Shown piece by piece: positions 52,146 through 57,211 of a stretch of DNA of 57,211 bases. Both the position numbers and the translations under genes were made by a program. Source of the stretch: Gallionella sp. (GTDB lineage: Bacteria > Pseudomonadota > Gammaproteobacteria > Burkholderiales > Gallionellaceae); NCBI GenBank assembly GCA_036514695.1, contig DATBWQ010000092.1:1-57211 (forward strand), written 5' to 3'. The notes under the pieces were generated by a model that was not told where the DNA came from, searched no databases, and saw only the letters and a list, made by a program, of their open reading frames with translations. Every line of letters begins with the position of its first letter. The stretch's first letter is position 1.

Positions 52146-52170
52146 GTAGGGTGGGCACCTCGTTGCCCAC
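52146..52170 (+). repeat. GTAG REP right of the FRG gene
   Basis: GTAGGGTGGGCACCTCGTTGCCCAC. Confidence 0.8.
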
Positions 52171-52179
52171 TCGATTTTT

Positions 52180-52414
52180 CGGTTTTAGGTTTTTGCTTTT
52201 TTATCCCCTGTGAGCCGCCGAGTAGCGCAGGCTGGTCAGAGGATTTCGGCGAGGACTGTTTGAGCACGCAGTGCGAGTTCCGCAGCCGCCTGACCAGTCG
52301 AGCAACGCAGGGAACCCCGCAGGGGCGGCAAACCGGGGGCGACTTCTTTGGGTTACCTTTCTTGGCAAGACAAGAAAGGTAACTAGCTGCCGGTCTACCA
52401 CCGGCGGTTTTGTT
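52180..52414 (-). repeat. Long repeat variant B
   Basis: Closely similar to 490-710. Confidence 0.9.
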
Positions 52415-52479
52415 TTGCTTTTTGAATGATCAGGGCAGGTCTGAGACCTGCCCCTACACCTTTGCCCCTACACATGCCC

Positions 52480-53925
52480 CTACGCAATCCTCAATACCAG
52501 CCCCTTCAAATACGCCCCCTCCGGAAAACTCAGCAGCACCGGATGATCGGCGCTGGCGTGCAGGTGATGCACGATCTGCGCATCCACGCCGGCATCGAGT
52601 GCGGCGCCGGCGATGATCTTCTGGAACAGGTCATCGCTGATCCCGCCGGAGCAGGAGTAGGTGCATAGCAGGCCGCCTGGCCTGAGCAGCTTGAAGCCGA
52701 GCAGGTTGATGTCCTTGTAGCCGCGCGCGGCCTTTTCGGCGAAGGCGGCGGTGGGGGCGAACTTGGGCGGGTCGAGGATGATGAGGTCGAACTTGCGTCC
52801 CTGATCGCGTAGCGTGCGCAGCGCCTGGAACACATCCGCTTCCAACCATTCGGCGTGTGATGGATCAAGACCATTTCGGGTGACATTTTCTTCGGCGATG
52901 CGCAGCGCCTCAGCCGAAGCATCAATGGATAGCACTGATTTCGCGCCGCCGCGCAGCGCATACAACGAGAAGCCGCCGGTGTAGCAGAAGCAATTCAGCA
53001 CGTCCTTATCGCGCGCCAGCGTTTCAGTCAGCGCGCGGTTGTCGCGCTGGTCGAGATAGAAGCCGGTCTTTTGTCCCCCTGCCACATCCACGATGAAATG
53101 CAGGCCGTTCTCCACCACTTCCACATTGTCCGGCAACGTGCCGCGCAATACGCCGTTGCGTTGCTCCAGTCCTTCCAATACACGTGAATCGGAATCGGAT
53201 CGCTCGTAAATGCAAACCGGATCGCAGAGCTGTTGCAGGATATCGGCACAGGTATCGCGCCAGCGTTCCGCTCCCGCACTGCCGATCTGCATCACCAGCA
53301 CGTCGCCGTATTTGTCGACGATCAGCCCCGGCAGGCCGTCTGATTCGGCGTGGATCAGGCGTGCTCCGTTGTTGCGGCCCTCACCCCAACCCTCTCCCGC
53401 TTGCGGGATAACCAGCGACTTGGCTGCGGTCTTTTGCAGCCTAGTCGAATGGCTAGTTGTTTCATTCAGAGGGGGTAGGGAGCGGCGAGCAAATAGCGCA
53501 TTGGTAATCTGGCGGCGGAAGAATTCCGCATCGATGCTTTCCTCCTTGCGCCACGACCAGACCCGGGCGGTGATCTGCGAATCCGGATTGTAGGCCGCCC
53601 AGGCAAGAAAATTCCCTGAGGCATCACGCACCGGTACTGTGTCGCCGCTGCCAGGTGCACCATCCACGCGCTCGATCGCGCCGGAAAAGATCCACGGGTG
53701 TCGGCGCAGCAGGGATTTTTCGCGGCCTGCTTTGAGTATGATGCTGGGCAGTGCAGTAGCATCTCCGGTGATTGGTTGTGCTGTGCGCTGCGGAGTATTG
53801 GCGGTGTGAGCGCGAGGCTCACGGTTTTTTGTCTTGCTGGATGGCCGTTCCTCGAAACTGCGGCTTACAGCCTTGTTTTCCCGCCTGCGCGGGAATGACG
53901 AACGCTTTGAATTTGGCTGGGTCAC
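52480..53925 (-). CDS. rlmI: Class I SAM-dependent rRNA methyltransferase RlmI-like (repeat-derived insertions)
   Basis: RHPWIFSG, ESDGLPGL, GQKTGFYLDQR, DPPKF and SCS motifs. Confidence 0.9.
   Translation of the reverse strand: MTQPNSKRSSFPRRRENKAVSRSFEERPSSKTKNREPRAHTANTPQRTAQPITGDATALPSIILKAGREKSLLRRHPWIFSGAIERVDGAPGSGDTVPVRDASGNFLAWAAYNPDSQITARVWSWRKEESIDAEFFRRQITNALFARRSLPPLNETTSHSTRLQKTAAKSLVIPQAGEGWGEGRNNGARLIHAESDGLPGLIVDKYGDVLVMQIGSAGAERWRDTCADILQQLCDPVCIYERSDSDSRVLEGLEQRNGVLRGTLPDNVEVVENGLHFIVDVAGGQKTGFYLDQRDNRALTETLARDKDVLNCFCYTGGFSLYALRGGAKSVLSIDASAEALRIAEENVTRNGLDPSHAEWLEADVFQALRTLRDQGRKFDLIILDPPKFAPTAAFAEKAARGYKDINLLGFKLLRPGGLLCTYSCSGGISDDLFQKIIAGAALDAGVDAQIVHHLHASADHPVLLSFPEGAYLKGLVLRIA
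53408..53467 (-). mobile_element. 60-nt hairpin element nested in a repeat within rlmI
   Basis: Same host position (CCCTCT^CCCGC) as the cobQ copy. Confidence 0.85.
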
Positions 53926-54848
53926 GGTTTCTTCTTGGCGCGCGGGTGCGCCGCGTCATAGATCTTGCTCAGATATTGAAAATCGAGGTGGGTATAGACC
54001 TGCGTGGTGGAGATGCTGGCGTGGCCGAGCATCTCCTGGACCGCGCGCAAGTCGCCGCTGGATTGCAGCACGTGAGTGGCGAAAGAATGGCGCAGCAGAT
54101 GCGGATGCACGTTGCTGGTGATGCCCTGCTTGACGCCCCATTGCTGCAAGCGCAATTGCACCACCCGCGGCGAGATGCGCTGGCCGCGCTGTCCGACGAA
54201 CAGAGCGGTCTCTTCAGTCTTGGCAAGCTGGTCACGCACCGCCAGCCATGCCTGCAACGCGGTGATGGCGAACCGGCCGAGCGGTATGATGCGTGTCTTG
54301 CTGCCCTTGCCGGTCACGCGCACTTCGCCCGCGCTCAAGTCGAGTTGCATCGGATCGAGGTTGACCAGTTCTGCCAGCCGCAGGCCGGAGGAGTAGAGCA
54401 ACTCGAACATCGCCTTGTCGCGTATCGCTTCCGTTGTGTCGGCAGGCAGATCGACCAGGCGCGCCGCCTCGTCGGGCGACAGGGCTTGCGGCAAAGACTT
54501 CGGCGATTTGGGGGCACGCAAACCGGCGCAGGGGTTGCCGGTCAGGCCGTGATCGCGCATCAGATAAGTGAAGAAGCCGCGCCACGCCGACAACATGCGC
54601 GCAAGGGAGCGGCCGCCCAGGCCCTTGCTGTGCAGTTGTGCGATGTAGCGGCGGATGTGGTGGATTTCAAGTTTGTCCAGCGGTGTGCCGGCACAGAGAT
54701 CGAAAAGATGCTTGAGATCGCGCGCGTAGTTTTCTGCGGTCAGTCCGGAATACTGCTTCTCGGTGCGAAGCCAGGCCATGTAGCCGAGCAAGTATTTCTG
54801 GTTGGGCCCTTCGACCGGGCTCAGGACAGGTGTGGCGGCTTCCGGCAT
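53922..54848 (-). CDS. xerC: Tyrosine recombinase XerC
   Basis: SGLRLAEL, GKGSKTR, HLLRHSFATH and LGHASISTTQVY; dapF-DUF484-xerC order. Confidence 0.95.
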   Translation of the reverse strand: MPEAATPVLSPVEGPNQKYLLGYMAWLRTEKQYSGLTAENYARDLKHLFDLCAGTPLDKLEIHHIRRYIAQLHSKGLGGRSLARMLSAWRGFFTYLMRDHGLTGNPCAGLRAPKSPKSLPQALSPDEAARLVDLPADTTEAIRDKAMFELLYSSGLRLAELVNLDPMQLDLSAGEVRVTGKGSKTRIIPLGRFAITALQAWLAVRDQLAKTEETALFVGQRGQRISPRVVQLRLQQWGVKQGITSNVHPHLLRHSFATHVLQSSGDLRAVQEMLGHASISTTQVYTHLDFQYLSKIYDAAHPRAKKKP

Positions 54849-54850
54849 GA

Positions 54851-55477
54851 CTAATGGTTGAGGTAGGGATGCAGCGCGCTCTCGACCGCCTCGGCGATGC
54901 GTTGCAGGAACACTGTGCCCATCTCCGGATAAAAGCGTTGCCTGTCTTCGCTGGCCAGCACCAGCAAGCCGATGGTTTTATTGCCCGCATGCAAGGGCAG
55001 GTAGGCGTAAGAGTGCAGTTGCGCGGCACGCTCGCCGAACCATGTTGCGGTATCGTGCGCGGCATGGTGCAGGCAAACCGGCTGCGCCTGTGCATCGGCA
55101 AACGTGAATATTTCCGCGCTGGGCGGATCGATCTGCCACAAGCGCAGCACCGTGTGCGGCACGGCGAAAATATCGCGCAACAGGTGCGGGATCATTTCCT
55201 GCAGCGTCACCAGATCACGCGCCGCGAACAGCGCCACGACGAATTCATGCACCTTGTGCTGAAGCGCGTCGTTCTCCTGCGCGAAAGCCATCATCTCGCG
55301 CAGCTTCTTTTCCAGTTCCTTGTTCTTCTCGCGCAACGCGAGCAACTGGCGCTCGCTCAGGGAGATCGTGCGTCCTCCGTGCGGGTGGGGCAGGTTGATC
55401 TGCACCAGCGTTTCCGCATGATCTTCAAAGAACTGCGGGTTGTCCTGCAAATATCGTGCGACTTCTTCAGCTCTCAT
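54851..55477 (-). CDS. DUF484 (YigA-like) protein
   Basis: YLQDNPQFF, ISLSERQ and RFYPEMGTVFL; operon position. Confidence 0.9.
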   Translation of the reverse strand: MRAEEVARYLQDNPQFFEDHAETLVQINLPHPHGGRTISLSERQLLALREKNKELEKKLREMMAFAQENDALQHKVHEFVVALFAARDLVTLQEMIPHLLRDIFAVPHTVLRLWQIDPPSAEIFTFADAQAQPVCLHHAAHDTATWFGERAAQLHSYAYLPLHAGNKTIGLLVLASEDRQRFYPEMGTVFLQRIAEAVESALHPYLNH

Positions 55478-55486
55478 GGACTTCCC

Positions 55487-56317
55487 CTATAAATTGATTT
55501 CACCGGTAAACACCGTGATCGCCGGCCCGGTCATCAGCACCGCTGCGCCATCTCCGCCCCACGAGATGGTCAGCGTCCCGCCGCGTGTGGCGACACTCAC
55601 CGGGCTGTCCAGCAAACCGCGCCGGATGCCGGCCACGGCTGCGGCGCAAGCTCCGGTGCCGCAGGACAGTGTCTCTCCCGCGCCGCGTTCATATACGCGC
55701 AGCTTGATGTGATTGCGATCCATTATCTGCATGAAACCGGCATTGACGCGGTTGGGGAAGCGCGGGTGATGCTCGATGAACGGCCCCAACTTTTCCACCG
55801 GGGCGAGATTGATGTCATCCACCACCTGCACGGCATGCGGGTTGCCCATCGACAGCGCGCTGATGTCCAGCATTGCGCCTGTCACCTCCAGCGGCTCACT
55901 GACCGCGCCGTGGCCGCCGTCGAAGGGAATGCGTGCCGGCTCGAATATCGGTGTGCCCATATCGACCGTCACGCGCCCGTCCTGCTCGAGCCGCGGCGTG
56001 ATCAAGCCGCTGCGCGTCTCCACCACGATCTCGCGCTTTGGGGTGAGCTGCTGGTCATGCACGAAGCGCATGAAGCAGCGCGCGCCGTTGCCGCACTGCT
56101 CCACTTCGCCGCCGTCTGCATTGAAGATGCGGTAGCGGAAATCGGCCTCCTTGCTCTGGGCTTTTTCGACCAACAGGATCTGGTCGCAGCCCACACCAAA
56201 GTGGCGGTCAGCCAGCAGGCGTAATTGCTCCGGGTCGAGTTCGATGTGCTGGCGCACGCCGTCCAGAACCACGAAGTCGTTGCCGGCGCCGTGCATCTTG
56301 GTGAATTTCAATAACAT
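55487..56317 (-). CDS. dapF: Diaminopimelate epimerase
   Basis: [16 protein letters not shown] and [13 protein letters not shown] motifs. Confidence 0.98.
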   Translation of the reverse strand: MLLKFTKMHGAGNDFVVLDGVRQHIELDPEQLRLLADRHFGVGCDQILLVEKAQSKEADFRYRIFNADGGEVEQCGNGARCFMRFVHDQQLTPKREIVVETRSGLITPRLEQDGRVTVDMGTPIFEPARIPFDGGHGAVSEPLEVTGAMLDISALSMGNPHAVQVVDDINLAPVEKLGPFIEHHPRFPNRVNAGFMQIMDRNHIKLRVYERGAGETLSCGTGACAAAVAGIRRGLLDSPVSVATRGGTLTISWGGDGAAVLMTGPAITVFTGEINL

Positions 56318-56442
56318 CGTTAACTTATTCCTGTTCTCAATAAATAATGCCGCATCTCAGTAGGTTTGGTAAGCAGTTTCACCGCATAACCCAACAGCCT
56401 TTTTAATGATGTCGGGTTACGCGAAAAAGCCGCTAACCCAAC

Positions 56443-57015
56443 CTACGAATTACGCAATTCGGCGTGCCGGAAACAATTCGTCGTGTGGTCGTTGACCATG
56501 CCGGTCGCCTGCATGTGCGCGTAGCAAATCGTCGATCCGGCAAATTTGAAGCCGCGCCGTTTCAACTCTTTGCTCATCGCGTCGGATTCGGGTGTGCTCG
56601 CCGGAATCTCGGCAAGACTGCGCCATTCATTCTGTTTGGGCACGCCGCCGGTGAACTGCCAGATGAATCTATCAAAGCTGCCGAATTCATCTTGCACATC
56701 GAGAAACTTTTGCGCGTTGATCACCGTAGCTTCCACCTTGAGGCGGTTGCGTACGATACCCGCATCCTGCAGCAGCGATTCTATTTTATTTGCGTCATAA
56801 CGGGCAATGCGCATCGGATCGAAATCATCGAATGCTGCGCGATAATTCTCGCGCTTGCGCAAAATGGTGATCCAGCTCAGTCCCGCCTGGGCGCCTTCCA
56901 GAATCAAAAATTCAAACAGGCGCTGATCATCGTGCAGCGGCACCCCCCATTCATGATCGTGATACTCCTGATACAAGGCATCATCGCCTGCCCAGGCGCA
57001 GCGCTGCTTTTTCAT
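56443..57015 (-). CDS. tag: DNA-3-methyladenine glycosylase I
   Basis: RCAW, YHDHEWG, LEGAQAGLSW and GMVNDH..C motifs. Confidence 0.96.
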   Translation of the reverse strand: MKKQRCAWAGDDALYQEYHDHEWGVPLHDDQRLFEFLILEGAQAGLSWITILRKRENYRAAFDDFDPMRIARYDANKIESLLQDAGIVRNRLKVEATVINAQKFLDVQDEFGSFDRFIWQFTGGVPKQNEWRSLAEIPASTPESDAMSKELKRRGFKFAGSTICYAHMQATGMVNDHTTNCFRHAELRNS

Positions 57016-57121
57016 TTCAAATTGCCAATTAGCACAAAACTGCATCATTCCCGCGCAGGCGGGAATCCAGATGATTAAATAATCTCCTGCGAAGCGGACA
57101 AAACTGTAGTGATGTCCCGCT

Positions 57122-57181
57122 GATGAAACTACTAGCCATTCGACTAAGCTGGCAAAGAACGCCAGCCAAGTCACTGGTTAT
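57122..57181 (+). mobile_element. 60-nt hairpin element inside a composite repeat
   Basis: GATGAAACTACTAGCCATTCGACTAAGCTGGC...GGTTAT. Confidence 0.85.
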
Positions 57182-57211
57182 CCGCGGGTTGTTTGTCCTG
57201 GCTGGATTCCC

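Noticed and set aside
53922..54848. Tyrosine recombinase as an integron or phage integrase
   Set aside because: Its sequence and the dapF-DUF484 context identify chromosomal XerC; no IntI-specific insertion or cassette array is adjacent.
57016..57174. N-terminal extensions of tag (also corA, livH and the MDR oxidoreductase) in the ORF track
   Set aside because: The extensions run through repeat or leader DNA; downstream starts match the family N-termini.

Overview
GC-rich betaproteobacterial chromosome segment; the gene content suggests a Gallionellaceae-like organism, which is an inference. The backbone is mostly housekeeping: aroC, pldA, corA, thpR, a large FAD/Fe-S oxidoreductase, phoBR, peroxiredoxin, msbA, a cobalamin riboswitch-controlled btuB-btuM-cob salvage operon, zapA-6S RNA-EVE, relA, a liv-type ABC transporter, tandem c-type cytochromes, lgt, pilC-pilD-coaE-zapD-yacG, a Nudix-ThiE fusion, rlmI, dapF-DUF484-xerC and tag. 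The unusual part is a dense, nested set of small repeats around one REP-associated tyrosine transposase (RAYT) gene. (i) There are many GTAG-type REP/REPIN elements. (ii) Three foreign-looking genes (a 144-aa membrane protein, an atypical GGDEF protein and an FRG protein) abut REP GTAG ends, and two carry integron-cassette core or partial attC signatures although no integrase is present in the window. (iii) An exactly 60-nt covarying hairpin element is inserted after CT inside other repeats, twice in frame within genes. (iv) A TA-flanked MITE carries a REPIN. (v) A ~230-265-nt repeat occurs as convergent pairs, once empty and once with a cargo gene. Many housekeeping proteins contain repeat-derived in-frame peptides. 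All calls come from reading the sequence; no database searches were run.
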